Positions 39,233-51,993 are shown, counted from the first letter of the stretch. The stretch: 64,000 nucleotides of DNA from Octopus sinensis (GCF_006345805.1 NC_042998.1:95418001-95482000), one strand, 5' to 3'. Made by a program: numbers and translations. The notes: a model not told the origin generated them from the letters alone.

Positions 39233-39508
39233 ACTACTAGTTTAACCCCAGGTGGATTCTCCACCAGCTGGTTTTCGGTGCAACCTCTGCACCCCTTATG
39301 TACTCTACATTGCTAGCAGGGGAAACAAACTCATACTACCCTCTAACAGCCGATAGAATTGCTCGAAACCAGCCGGTCCTGCAATTCTATCAGCTGCTGG
39401 AGGGTAGTAAGGGTTCACTCCCCCTGTTAGCAATGTATTACACTTAAAGGGTGCAGAGCTTGCACCAAAAACCAGCTGGTGGAAAATCCGCCTGGGGTTA
39501 AAATAGTA

Positions 39509-39510
<2 letters not shown>
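39233..39510. mobile_element. Fold-back element, about 130-bp imperfect inverted arms with an 18-nt spacer
   Basis: Arms 39233-39362 and 39381-39510, roughly 80% complementary; possible TA flanks. Confidence 0.8.
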
Positions 39511-39559
<49 letters not shown>

Positions 39560-39759
39560 TATATATATATATATATATATATATGAACACACACACACAT
39601 AGACATGACAAAGTAAATAGACACCCTAATAATCATTAAGATTTAATTAAATCTGAAATTATACATTCAAATTATTTATTGATTGTTACAATGTGAATAT
39701 TATATATTTAGTAGACATGCTCTTTGCATTTTTCAATGCAAGGACCCTATTAGGCATGT

Positions 39760-40130
39760 TACTGATCACATGGTGAATATTCTCTTGCGAAATTTCTTAC
39801 CAAGCTTCATGCAGTAATCTCAAAAGATTTGGCTTTGAAGATGCTTTTTTGTTCTTTTTATGAAGTGTTCTGTCCATTATATCCCAGAGGTGTTCAATAG
39901 AGTTCATATCTGGTGACTGGCTTGGCCATGGAAGTTTTCTAAGGCCATTCTCATCCAACAAATCTTGTGTCATTTTAGTCATGTGACAAGGAGTCCCCTC
40001 TTCCATTAGTAAAGTCTTCTTTAATCATTTCACCACTGGAGAAGATTAGAAGGAGACCTTTTTGCAATATGGACACATATTTATCTGAGTTTATGTTTTG
40101 CTCACAGCCCATCAGATGTGGTTGATGGGA
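39760..40130 (-). pseudogene. Tc1/mariner transposase fragment (DDE domain)
   Basis: PCHMTKMTQDLLDENGLRKLPWPSQSPDMNSIEHLW matches the WP.QSPDLNPIE.LW motif; upstream NSDKYVSIL. Confidence 0.85.
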
Positions 40131-41154
40131 AATGACAGCATAGTAAAGGGGTAAGATGAGAGAGAAAGCAGTGGCTCAAGAAAGAGAATAAATCAGAGGA
40201 TAAGAGGATGATATGTGAGACATAGGAACAAGGGAGAGGGGAATGTGGGCATACATAAGGGTGGTTACTGTGATTTTGACATGACAGGGGTGGTGGATAT
40301 AAGAGGCTGTTGAGACTGATTAACAGATATATGAGGTGTTAAGGTGGAATATGGCAGAGGAGAGAGATATCTGAAGACAGAAATGATGTGATTGATGAGA
40401 ATAGTGTGAGAAGGAAAGGAAGGATAATGAGAATAAAAGACAGAAGGTTCCAAAAGGTGAGGAAGAGGTAGTTGGTTGAGCAAAGGGAGGAGGATTAATA
40501 TGTGTTGATTCTGCTCTCATGGGATTACAGCCATGGAGTAGTGCCATGGTAAGGAGGGGATGGAGGGTTGGTTGCTAGGAGAATGCCATATGGAGGAATG
40601 CTTGAAAGAGCAGGATGGAGTTACAAGCATACACAGAATGCTTTTTGGACAATATTATTGCTGTGATAGATGGGTCTTGTCTTGCAAGGTGAATCACCAG
40701 TCACCTTGGTTCTTCATCATCTACAGGAGACTCAGCATCTTGAGATTCACCTTCACTACTTTGTGTCAAATCTTCCTGGTCTTTTCTCCCCTATAAGTTT
40801 CATCCACTTTAAATGACCAACGCCTCTTTATGCAGCAATCCTTATTGATATGCATCAGATGATCAGACCAGCACAATCTTCTCTCTTGCAGACTACATCT
40901 CATCCCTTTTCTATACCTTAACACTTTATCAAACATGCACGCTAATATTACACATCCAATGGGGCATACTATTATAATATTTACAAATATGCCACAGTGA
41001 GATACTAGCTTCTCAGAACATATACTCCTTTACAGATTGTGCCTACACTTATGACCAGAGAGTCTTTCTCTCTCACACACACATATGAACGCATACACAT
41101 GCTGCTTGCCAGATGAAATCATATATTCAAAGATTCTAACAACTGGTACACACA

Positions 41155-41690
41155 TCATCATCATCATCATCATCGTCATTTAATGTCCGCTTTCCATGCT
41201 AGCATGAGTTGGACGGTTTGACTGAAAACTGGTAAGTGGTAAATTCCAATCTGATTTACCAAGGTTTCTACGGCTCAAGGTTTCTAATGCCAACCACTCT
41301 GAGAGTGTAGTGGATGCTTTTTACATGCCTCCAGCACAAGTGCTATTGATCTGACACCAGCACTTGCCATAATTGGTTTGACAGGTCTACACAAGCACAT
41401 TATATCGCCAAAGGTCTCGGTCACCTTTCACTATCTCCATGAGGCCCAATGCTCGAATGGTACTTTCCACATGTGCCAGTCAGACAGCACTAGCATCAGC
41501 CATTACTACAGTTTCACTCGGTTCGACAGGTCTTTACAAGTACAATATATCACCCAACGAGTGAAAGGTGCTTTTAAATGGGCCAGTTACATGACACTGG
41601 CATCCACCATGACTACGTTCTCACTTGGCTTGATGCGTCTTCTCAAGCACATCAAGGTAATCTTACCTACCTTGATATGCTAAAACTTTC
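41155..41690 (-). mobile_element. Family C retroposon
   Basis: (CAT)n followed by ...TTTCCATGCTAGCATGAGTTGGACGG. Confidence 0.7.
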
Positions 41691-41869
41691 CGTTTCACAC
41701 TATATATAAATGATTGGCTCCATGACATATGATAGTTATTTTTTATATGCTAAAAGTGATCTGTAACTAATCTTAGTTAACATGACCAGCACAATAAATT
41801 TGACTCTACATTTATTATGGAAACACACCAACAGTAAATGGTCAATTTTTAGTGTTAATAGTGCTTTAA

Positions 41870-42089
41870 CCCTTTCGTTACTGTATTTATTTTGAGGTAC
41901 CCTGTGTTTCTTTCAATTAATTTAAATAAAACAAAGAATTTATTAAAATAACTTAGTTATCATTAAGCTAGTGTTTGGCACATAAATTGTGACAAAGGTC
42001 TGGTGGAAGATTTTAATTCAAAACATATGAAAACAAGACATTTGTATTCAGAGCCAGAGCTGGTTTCAGCCGAATTGGTATCGAAAGGT
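41870..42089. mobile_element. piggyBac-type MITE
   Basis: TTAA-CCCTTTCGTTAC...GTATCGAAAGGT-TTAA; inverted homolog of 44805-45014. Confidence 0.75.
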
Positions 42090-42093
42090 TTAA

Positions 42094-42313
42094 CTCTTTA
42101 GCATTTAAACTGGCTATATCCAAACCAAATATTCTGCATGATTCATGTTCAAACTGGTTGAATCTGGCCTCTAACATTCGTCCCACAATATTATTCTAAA
42201 CATAAACAATTACATCACTAGAATCTTAAAACCACATGATGATGTATGATTAATTTAAAAGAATGTGGTTATATAAGCATTACATTTGACAGAGAAATAG
42301 GAATACTAAAGGG
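42094..42313. mobile_element. piggyBac-type MITE, second family
   Basis: TTAA-CTCTTTAGCATT...AATACTAAAGGG-TTAG; shares TTAA 42090-42093 with the previous MITE. Confidence 0.65.
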
Positions 42314-42339
42314 TTAGAACAATAATGTTATTCAAAAAT

Positions 42340-42860
42340 ATTGGAACAGAAGGTCAGCAAGTTGAGGGGAGCAAGTTGATTTCATTGATTGCAGAGTTCA
42401 ACTGGTATTTATTTTATTGACCCAGAAAGGATGAAAGCAAAGAGGTTCTGCAGAATTTGAAAGTTATTTAATAATGCTGATTTCAAATTTTAGCACAAGG
42501 CCAGCAATTTTGGGAGAAGGAATAAATCAATTACATTGACCCCAGTGCTGAACCAATACTTATTTTATCAACTCTGAAAGGATGAAAGGCAAAGTTAGCC
42601 TCAGTGGAATTTGAACTCAGAATGTACAAATAGACAAAATGCTGCTTAGCATGCTAATGATTCTACCAGCCAGATTTCAAGGTTTGCCACAAGGCCAGCA
42701 AATTCTTAATTGGTACTTATTTAATCAACACCAAAAGGATCAGAAGCAAAGTTGACAGCAACAGAATTTGAACTCAGAACATAAAGATGGACCAAATGCT
42801 GCTCTGAATTTTGTCTGGTGTGCTAACAATTCTGCCAGTACATGTCTGTCTGTCTGTCTG
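42340..42860 (-). mobile_element. Cluster of SINE family B copies
   Basis: Repeated GAATTTGAACTCAGAA and GAAAGGATGAAAG motifs. Confidence 0.7.
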
Positions 42861-43682
42861 TCTCTGTTTGTCCCTTTCATTACTAAGAAAAGCTTTCTTG
42901 CACAGGTTTTGCAGGCAAAATCCAGCATTTTTCAACCTCTTTACAATTGTCCTTATTTTCAGCAGTTCCAAACTTTCTTGACAGTTGTTGCAGGCTTTTC
43001 TTTCTTTCTTGAAGAATTAAGAATTTAACCTTCTGGCATCTGTACTTGTAAGAGTACAGATGCCATATTCTTTTGTCATTGATGTAAAACCATTAAGAAA
43101 TGGTAAAGACAAATGTAATAAATGAATCTTAGGTTACAGGTAGAGATGTGCTGTTAAGAATTTCACTTCACAGCCATATTCTTCCTGGTTTGATTCCACT
43201 GTGAAGAACTTCGGACAATTAACTTGTAGCCATGGGTCTAGCAGAGCCTTGAGTGAAATACTGCCGATGGAAATTGCTGAACTGTGTCAAATGTGTGCGC
43301 ATGTCTGTGTATGTGCATGAGTATCCTCCTCCTCCCCCTCCATCTCCTCCTCCTTGTCATCATCATCATCATCATTATCGTTGTTGTCCTTGTGTTGTCA
43401 TCGTCGTCATCATCATCATTATCCACTTTTATATGCTTGCAACAAAAGACTAGAATTTACTGAGGTACATTTCCTACAGCTGTATATTTTTCCTGTAACT
43501 AACCCCCTTCAAGAATTTTTCTGTGAATGAATCGATCTCAGTACTTTTTTATTTTCAAGCTTGGTACTTACTCTACCAGTCTCTTTTGCCAAACTGCTAA
43601 GTCATATCAATATAATCACACCAGCACTGATTATTAAGTGGTAGTGGATATTTCAAATAAAAGTTTTATTTATTGCACAAAA

Positions 43683-44078
43683 TCTTTATATATAAAAGTA
43701 AGGTTGTGTGTTTGTCTCCTACAATTTAGATTCCTAACTACTCCATTTTGCGGTGCAGTTTAACCAAAACCGGGTATCTTATAGTCGTGATTCATATCAA
43801 GCCCTTCTGGGTATTAGCGCACATCTACGATGAGTCTACAATTTAAAAAAAAAATTTACCATCATTTTTTTCCATTTTAATGCATTTTTTCGCTATTATA
43901 TAAGGGAAGTAACTCTCTAAAAATGTCTACGATGAGTCAACGATTTAAAAAAAATTTACCATCATTTTTTTGTCCATTTTTAATGCATTTTTTTGCTATT
44001 TTTTGGCTATAACTCTCTAAAAATTTTTATATAGTTATTTCCCTTACAAACCCGAGCAACGCTGGGCGATACTGCTAG
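43683..44078 (+). mobile_element. Non-autonomous Helitron, complete
   Basis: 5' TC after A; 3' hairpin CCCGAGCAACGCTGGG (44051-44066), then CTAG before T; no TSD; internal duplication of about 100 bp; empty site at 27001/27002. Confidence 0.9.
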
Positions 44079-44109
44079 TATATTATAATTTGTAAAGGAC
44101 CTATATATA

Positions 44110-44270
44110 AGTGCAGGAGTGGATGTGTGGTAAGTAGCTTGCTTACCAATCACATAGCTCTGGGTTCAGTCCCACTGCATGGTACTTTGGGCAAGTGTCT
44201 TCTACAATAGCCTCGGGCTGACCAAAGCCTTGTGAGTGGATTTGATAGATGGAAACTGAAAGAAGCCTGT

Positions 44271-44313
<43 letters not shown>

Positions 44314-44710
44314 TTGTGTGTGTGTGTGTGTGTGTTTGTGTATATATATATATATATATGTATATGCTGGTGTGTCTGTGTTTGTCCCCCAACATCGCTT
44401 GACAACTGATGCTGGTGTGTTTACATCTCTGTCACTTAGTGGTTCGGCAAGAGAGATTTGCTCGACTAAAAGTGGTGCTCCAGCATGGCCACAGTCAAAT
44501 GACTGAAACAAATAGAAGAATAAATGTGTGTGTGTGTGTGTGTGTATACGTCAGGCTTCTTTCAGTTTCCATCTACCAAATCCACTCACAAGGCCTTGGT
44601 TGGTTGGAGGCTATAGTAGAAGTCATTCACCCAAAGTGCCATGCGATAGGACTGAACCCAGAACCATGTAGTTGAGAAGCAAACTTCTTCCAGCATTGTC
44701 ATGCCTGGGA
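44110..44710. mobile_element. SINE family A (+, 44110-44520) followed by an inverted 5' half (-, 44545-44710)
   Basis: Head and tail motifs in opposite orientations. Confidence 0.85.
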
Positions 44711-44804
44711 TTCTTTAAACATTTGACTGTTTATGAGGGCCTATCTCAGTAAAATGGGAATGAGAGGGTTCAAAGGTAAAAATGGTTGAGAAACATTGGC
44801 TTAA

Positions 44805-45014
44805 CCCTTTTGTTACCAAACCGGCTCTGATTCTGAGTACAAATGTCCTATTTTCAAAAGTTTTGAATTAAAATCTTCCACCAAACCTTAGTCACAATTT
44901 ATGTTCCTAACACTAGCTGAAAGATAGCTAAGTTATTTTACTAAATTCTATGTTGTATTTAAAGTAACTGAAAGAAACACAGAACATCTCAAAATAAATA
45001 CAGTAACGAAAGGG
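44805..45014. mobile_element. piggyBac-type MITE with intact TTAA TSD
   Basis: TTAA (44801-44804) CCCTTTTGTTAC...GTAACGAAAGGG TTAA (45015-45018). Confidence 0.85.
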
Positions 45015-47551
45015 TTAAGGGAAAGGATCTTGTTTCAAGTTTGTTTTCTTAACAGTGCTGCCCACTTTGTGAGCCATGTTTTAGTGGCCTGCTTCCTGGA
45101 AAAGGTTACCCATACTTGCTTTATGGCTCCTCTACTAAACATGTAAAATTAATTGAAATAATTATAAATCGTCAGTTTTCTCTTATTTACCAAAGCTGTT
45201 TTAACTCCCACCATAAATGTCAAAACTATTCTCCCATAGCTTTGATTAGAAACCAACCACCTAGAACTTAATTAACAGCTAAATGCACTTAATGCATACT
45301 AGAATATGTAAGAAAATAAAAGAATAAAAGAACAAAGCCATAAATATATTTAGTAATTTGGAAATATGATATAAAACGTTTATTATGCATTAATATGTGT
45401 GTGTGAGTGTGTGTGTGTGTGTATTGTTGTATAACATCACCATCATCATCAGCAGCAGCAGCATGACCACCCACCACCACCACCACCACCACCACCACCA
45501 CTACCACCACTATCATCATTGTTAATAGTTGAAGTGAGACGATTTATCCCATAAAGGGAAACAATGACACGAAACAACCAGCATGGGGTGGTGGTGGTGG
45601 TGGTAGTGGCGGAGGTGGTGGCGGTAATGAAGGGAATTTCTTCTCCTCCTCTTGCTCCTCCTGCTTCTTCCCTTTCACCTTCCTCTCCTCTTTCTTCTCC
45701 TCTTTCTTCTCCTCCTTCTCCTCCTTCACTTGTGTGCGCGCGCATGTCTGTCTGTCTGTGTGTTACTACTCTGCCTGCCATGTCTTCACGTGTTGTGTGA
45801 TCCTTCAAGCAGTTTCCTTTATTTCCAGTTCTCCCCTTAACCGTGTCTGGGCTGTTTCATTGTTCGATAGACAGAAAGGATTGGAAGCAGCTGAGAGTTG
45901 GGGACTGGAAGAGCATCTGGCAGTTGAAACCCTTCTGCTTCAGACTATTCTCGTTCGACCTATGCAAGTAGTATGAAAAAGTGGATGTTTAAACACCACA
46001 ACCACCGCTTCTACTGCTGCCACTGATGGTGATATTGCAGCTGTTGCTGCTGCTGATTAAATATATAAACATTAACTTCTCTATGAAATAAATATACACC
46101 CGCACTTGCACCTCCCCATCACACGTACCTACACATATATACTTACAAAAATTAAAATAACGATGCTTTGGACATTTTTCCTTTGTCAAGATTAACGAAA
46201 GCAGAAGAATAGAGAAAGAATTTAGAAGCTAAACAAAGTTATGAGTAGTCTTTAAAGAAGCGTGTTAACTGCTGCAGATAGAAGTAAGTAGAGTGAGCAA
46301 AATGGTAAAGAGAAGCCTAATATCAGGCACACACAAGTGACAAAAAATGGGAGAAGTAATGATTATCTGCGGGTGAAAAGGTAGGAAATTATGTGTGCAA
46401 AAGTGGTTGTATGCAAATATATGTATGCACGTAATCATGGGGGATTAAGTATGTGAAAGGATGTGTGAATGTATGGGGCATGAACCTTCTAGAACCTAAA
46501 AATAGTAGTTGATATTTTCCTAATAGTATACATTGATAGACTCTTTGATAGTGTACTTCTGTCTTGTTTCAGCCATTGTACTGTGGCCATGTTGAGGCAC
46601 TGGCTTTGAGGGTTTGGTCAAACAAATCAACCACTAGTGCTAAAATTTTGAGTCTGGTACAAATTATACAGGTCTCTTTTGACGAGCTGGTTGATTATAG
46701 GAACTTAAAGAAACCAACACCAGTTGTCATGTGGTAGGTTAGGGGTAAACACAATTTCAAGGATACACACACATTCTCCCACATACATGCATACATATCT
46801 ACAACAGTTTTCAACATAGTTTCCTTTTATCAAATTCACTCAGAAGGTAATGGTCAGCTCGGGAATATAGTAGACGGCATTTTCCCAAAGCGCCGCTCAG
46901 TGGGAATGAAACTGAATTTACGTAGTTGCAAACCAAGCTTCTTAACCGCACAGCTATTCCAGAGCCTATAATTAAGCATTTATTCTTCATCTTTTCTGAA
47001 TATCGTTTCTCTTTCTTCAAACGAGGCTGTAACTTGGATGATCAGGCTGTAAACAATTACCCTACTCCTTGCTACACCTAACCAGGGTGTTTTTAACTAT
47101 TCCCCTTTTCAATGTATCACCTGCCCCCTCGTTCGAAATATTACTATCTTACACTGATCTACATCACCTTTCTATGTCGTATCACTTTACCTGCATCTCA
47201 GAGACCATTTGCTCATATATGCATATGCACACACATGTATGTATGTATGTATGTATGTATACCCTGGGCATGACATTAATTGCATCCAGTGGTGAGGCTC
47301 CAGTTTGAGAGTCCTGCAGTTGTGGGGATCGTGGAGTCATCCATTAATTACTATTATTCACAGTTCCCTCCTGACTCGGAACTGTAGTACCCGTCAGGGT
47401 CCCATCTATAGGCTGAAAAAAGATTTCCCAGTGGTAGAGAAGGCCCCCATTATATCTAACAAAGCCGTGTGGCAGCTCTTCTAGGAGCAAGATACTCTGA
47501 CATAAAACTTGCAGTCAAAATAGTAGCAATCATTTTGCAATACTTGTCACT

Positions 47552-47954
47552 CGAAAGGCGGTGAGCTGGCAAAATTGTTAGCTTGGCGGTATTTCGTCTG
47601 TCTTTACGTTCTGAGTTCAAATTCCGCCGAGGTCGAGTTTGCTTTCATCCTTTCAGGGTCGATAAATTAAGTACCAGTTGCGTACTGGGATCGATCTAAA
47701 CGACTGCCCCACTCCCTCAAAATTTCAGGCCTTATGCCTAGAGTAGAAAAGAATATTAAATAAGGAGGTGAGCTGGCAAAAAAGCTTAGCAGTATTTCGT
47801 CTTTCTTTACGTTCTGAGTTCAAATTCCGTCGAGGTCGACTTTGCTTTCATCCTTTCGATGGCGATAAATTAAGTATCAGTTGCATACTGAGATCGATCT
47901 AATCGACTGGCTCCCTCCCCAAAAATTTCGAGCCTTGTGCCTAGAGTAGAAAAG
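47552..47954 (+). mobile_element. Head-to-tail SINE family B dimer flanked by a 13-bp TSD
   Basis: AATACTTGTCACT at 47539-47551 and 47955-47967. Confidence 0.85.
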
Positions 47955-48094
47955 AATACTTGTCACTGGAACCTACTATGTCAACCGAGCCAGCGGAAAA
48001 GTACACAGAAAAGTGTAAAGAAAACAGCTACAGCTATATATAGAGCCCGATGTCAAAGAACATTGGTGGAACTTATAAATTAAAACAGCTATCA

Positions 48095-48425
48095 GCTTAA
48101 AACACAAGCGGCCAGATATTGTTGTGTAGCACAAGGAAAAAGATATGTTCTACTGTGAAAATTAGCTGCTTTCTGGATACCAATGTGGTTAGAAAAATAC
48201 AAGAGAAAGAGGACATCTGTGAACTGTTGATAAGGAGTTTGCAAACCCAGTACCGAAGATAAACTTTCAGCTTCATACCTATTATCATTGGAGCAACAGG
48301 ATACATACTAACACGTCTGGAGTTGAGTTCTCGGGGACAAAAAGCAAATCCTTAATTCATATGCAACAAATGATCACGATACCTGGGACTATAAAAATCT
48401 GCAAGACCTTCTTAAGATCTAAAGG
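48095..48425 (+). mobile_element. RLE-type LINE 3' fragment (family of 506-880)
   Basis: CCAGATATTGTTGTG...ATTAGCTGC...ATCATTGGAGCAACAGGATAC...ACTATAAAAATCTGCAAGACCTTCTTAAGAT. Confidence 0.65.
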
Positions 48426-48523
48426 ATGATGGTTAAAACAAGATTCTTTCCTTCAAAACCTTGTCAGTAGGGAGCCGGTCAAAATTTACTCTTAAGTTAA
48501 AAAAGAGGAAGTGAACATGCAGT

Positions 48524-49195
48524 CATATGTACGGTGCTACTTTGGTATGTGATCTACGTAGCCATGTGATATACAAGTGGCAAATTCTACTTTGGTATGC
48601 GATCTACGTAACCAACGTGATCTACAAAGAATCAAATTCTACTTTAGTATGTGATCTACATGTTTCATTTATTTATTATAGCTTAAATAAAGCATTCTTA
48701 CATTTTTATACATTTATTTTTAAAAATTAAAATAAAGCAGATTTGGAACAAATTGACTAATTTTACGGCCAAATCGAACGAACATCAGCTGGAAAAGTTT
48801 AAAATAGAGCATTAATTTTTTATACATTTTATACACTTATTATTAAAAAGAAATTAGAATGAAGCAAGTTTGAGGGTTCTTTAGATATTCAGATATCAAT
48901 AAGCAGGTAAAATCACAGAAGGGAGCGTAGGTCGGCTATCGAGATCGATCTCTATGCCAGACTGAAGTGTGTTGTTGATGTACCTTGCTGAGTCGGGACC
49001 GGAGCTTTGAGACTCGAACAGACATTCCACTTATGCTTCATACTCTCTAACCAGCCATTCTATCGAAACCGATACAGGTGTTTTCCTTGTTCTTGATAAG
49101 TATAACTTTTCTTGTAGATCACAATATAAAGTGTAGATCGCATACCAAAGCAGTTTCATGACACGTAGATCGCATACCAATATAGCACCCATATG
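48524..49195. mobile_element. Non-autonomous TIR DNA transposon with subterminal repeats
   Basis: TIR GGTGCTA.TTGGTATGYGATCTACGT at both ends; TTGGTATGYGATCTAC repeated about 3x in each arm in opposite orientation. Confidence 0.7.
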
Positions 49196-50284
49196 TACAC
49201 ATATGTATGCATACATAGGCATCCACCCCGTTTTCATTTACCAAATTCCATTCACAAGTTAATGGTCAAACCAACACCAAGACACTGCGCCATCGTACTG
49301 TACAGGGGAATCGAGTCTGTAATCGCATAGTTGCGAAGTTAACTTCTTAATCAGACAGCTATGCCTGTGCCTTACAAATACATAATTGTTTCAAATTATG
49401 TATTCATACGTTTTTGTAGGTAGGGGCAAGTCGATTACATCGGATTCAGTACTTGAATAGTACTTTATTTTATCGACCCCGCCCCTCTAAAGGATCAAAA
49501 GGTAAAGCTGACCTCGGTATTTGAACTCAGAACGTGAAGTGTCGGAAGAAATGCCGCTATGCAGCTAACGATCTTACCAGCACGCAGTTTTACAGGAATA
49601 CATAATTTACTAAGATCACCAATTCAGTATATCTTATGAATAAAAATAAACAACCTTATATCCACAAATATGTTAAATCTCACGATGAAATGCTTGTTAC
49701 GTGATGTTAATTAAAGCAAATATTAGATATAACTATTAGATATGAAGATTTGTTTATTTGATGGGTTTGAAGAATGGTGGATAAATTTACAAGGAGGAGG
49801 TCACACAAATAGAAAATACCAATGGAATTACAAGATTCTTCTTCAAAACACTTTGACCTTCACTTGTAGTCCCTACTCCACTTCACCCCACCGCGCCCAT
49901 CTCTTTAGCAGACTCGAGGGAAACCTACAGGACAGTTTTTGAACATCTTTCATACATTCCCCACCCTAATTCCGAAACCTGTTATTTTTAGACACTCATC
50001 TCTCTCCCTTTCTGTCTTCGTTTCCCTCTCTCTTTCTCCTTTCCTCTCTTTCTCTCTCACTTTCTCCGTTTCTTTCTCCCCTCTTTAGGTCACGTTCTCT
50101 TATTTGTCCTTTTATTGACCCTGTCTTTCTCCTAAATATGCTGACCTCTTTAGCTTTAATTCGTACCAACGAGGCAGATATTTTTTATTAGGCAAGTGTC
50201 TTCAATCTATAGCCCCGGGCCGACAAAGCCTTTCCAGAGGGTTTTGTAGGCTTAAAGTGAGAGAGATCCTGTCGTATATACATT

Positions 50285-50495
50285 TTTCTTTTATCTTCTA
50301 CTTATTTCAGTCATCAGACTGCGGCCATACTGGGGCACCGCTGTAAAGAAATTTTTAGTCGAATAACTCGACCCTAGTATTTAAAAATTTTTTAATACCT
50401 GGTATTTATTCTATCGGTCACTTTTGCCGAACTGCTAGTTTAGGGGGGACATAAGCAAATCAACACCGGTTGTCAAACTTTGGTGGGGAAACAAG

Positions 50496-50568
<73 letters not shown>

Positions 50569-50720
50569 CTGGCTTTCAGTTTTCATCTACCAAATCTATT
50601 CACATAGCTTTGGTCGGCCTGAAGCTATAGAAGACACTTGTTCAAGGTGTCACACGGGGGGACTGAACCCAGAACCATGTGGTTGGGAAGGAAACCTCTT
50701 AGCACACAACCACGCCTGTG
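50285..50720 (-). mobile_element. SINE family A-like, diverged
   Basis: Tail, (CA)n core and head motifs. Confidence 0.75.
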
Positions 50721-50877
50721 TATGGTTCGTTCATGCCCCGTAATCTAGCGGTTCGGCAAAAGAGATCAACAGAATAAGTACCAGACTTAAAAAGTAAATA
50801 CTGGGTCGATTTGTTCGATGAAAGCCTTCAAGGCGGTGTTCCAGCATGACCGCAGCTAAAAAAATTATATATGTATG

Positions 50878-50920
<43 letters not shown>

Positions 50921-50923
50921 GTG

Positions 50924-50976
<53 letters not shown>

Positions 50977-51008
50977 GTGTGGTGTGGTGTGTGTATATAT
51001 ATTATATA

Positions 51009-51058
<50 letters not shown>

Positions 51059-51187
51059 ATAAAAGGGTAAAATTAATTAATTATTCAATAAATTAATAAT
51101 TAATAATTTTACCAAGTAGTCGGTACGTTAAAATAACCACTTTAGGTGAAATTATACAAATATTTTATGATTATATTTATAATTATA

Positions 51188-51228
<41 letters not shown>

Positions 51229-51317
51229 AATGTAATATGCGACAATTATTCGGTAGCCATGACAAAACTCCGAGTTTCGGATGCCGAGGTGGAAATTCAC
51301 GCCGTCATCTCCTCGCA

Positions 51318-51474
51318 GAAGTGGCTATGTGGTAAGTAGCTTGCTAACCAGCCACATGGTTCCGGGTTCAGTCCCACTGCGTGGCATCTTGGGCAAGTAT
51401 CTTCTGCTATAGCCCCGGGCTCACCAATGCCTTGTGAGTGGATTTGGTAGACGGAAACTGAAAGAAGCCTGTCG

Positions 51475-51551
<77 letters not shown>

Positions 51552-51752
51552 CTGTTTGTCCCCCTAGCATTGCTTGACAACCGATGATGGTGTGTTTACG
51601 TCCCCATCACTTAGCGGTTCGGCAAAAAGAAACCGATAGAATAAGTACTGGGCTTACAAAGAATAAGTCCCGGGGTCGATTTGCTCGACTAAAGGCGGTG
51701 CTCCAGCATGGCCGCAGTCAAATGACTGAAACAAGTAAAAGAGTAAAAGAGT
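51318..51752 (+). mobile_element. SINE family A, full length, young
   Basis: Clean head GTGGCTATGTGGTAAGTAGCTTGC...CCGGGTTCAGTCCC, (TA)(TG)n core, tail ...GAAACAAGTAAAAGAGTAAAAGAG. Confidence 0.95.
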
Positions 51753-51953
51753 ATATATATATATATATAAGAAAGTTTGTTTGGTAAAGCACGTGGGTGA
51801 ATATATAAGAAAATAGTAAAGTGTGAAAAAACGACAGAAGGCTTAAATGTTAAAAAATATATATATTTGTGTTAAAATGTCTGGAGAATATTGGAAAATT
51901 TTTTTTTTTTTTTTTTTCCCTTTCCTTAAAATGACATAATTTAAAAATTTTTA

Positions 51954-51993
51954 AAGAAATTACCGGTTTCGCGTGTAGCTTTTCAAATTTCTT
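51954..51993 (-). ncRNA. Minimal type I hammerhead ribozyme motif, U3-A8 core (left arm copy)
   Basis: Exact reverse complement of 52804-52843. Confidence 0.7.

Noticed and set aside
45449-45840. Overlapping Gly/Glu/Pro-rich ORFs
   Set aside because: Open in several frames on both strands because of trinucleotide repeats; no recognisable domain.
48533-48660. CRISPR-like repeat-spacer pattern
   Set aside because: Eukaryotic context, only three degenerate repeats mirrored in the opposite arm, and no cas genes. Better explained as transposon subterminal repeats.
51262-51315. Hammerhead-like GAAACTCGGAGTT on the minus strand
   Set aside because: Only a stem III-like half; no CUGANGA core or stem I partner is present (truncated by a SINE).
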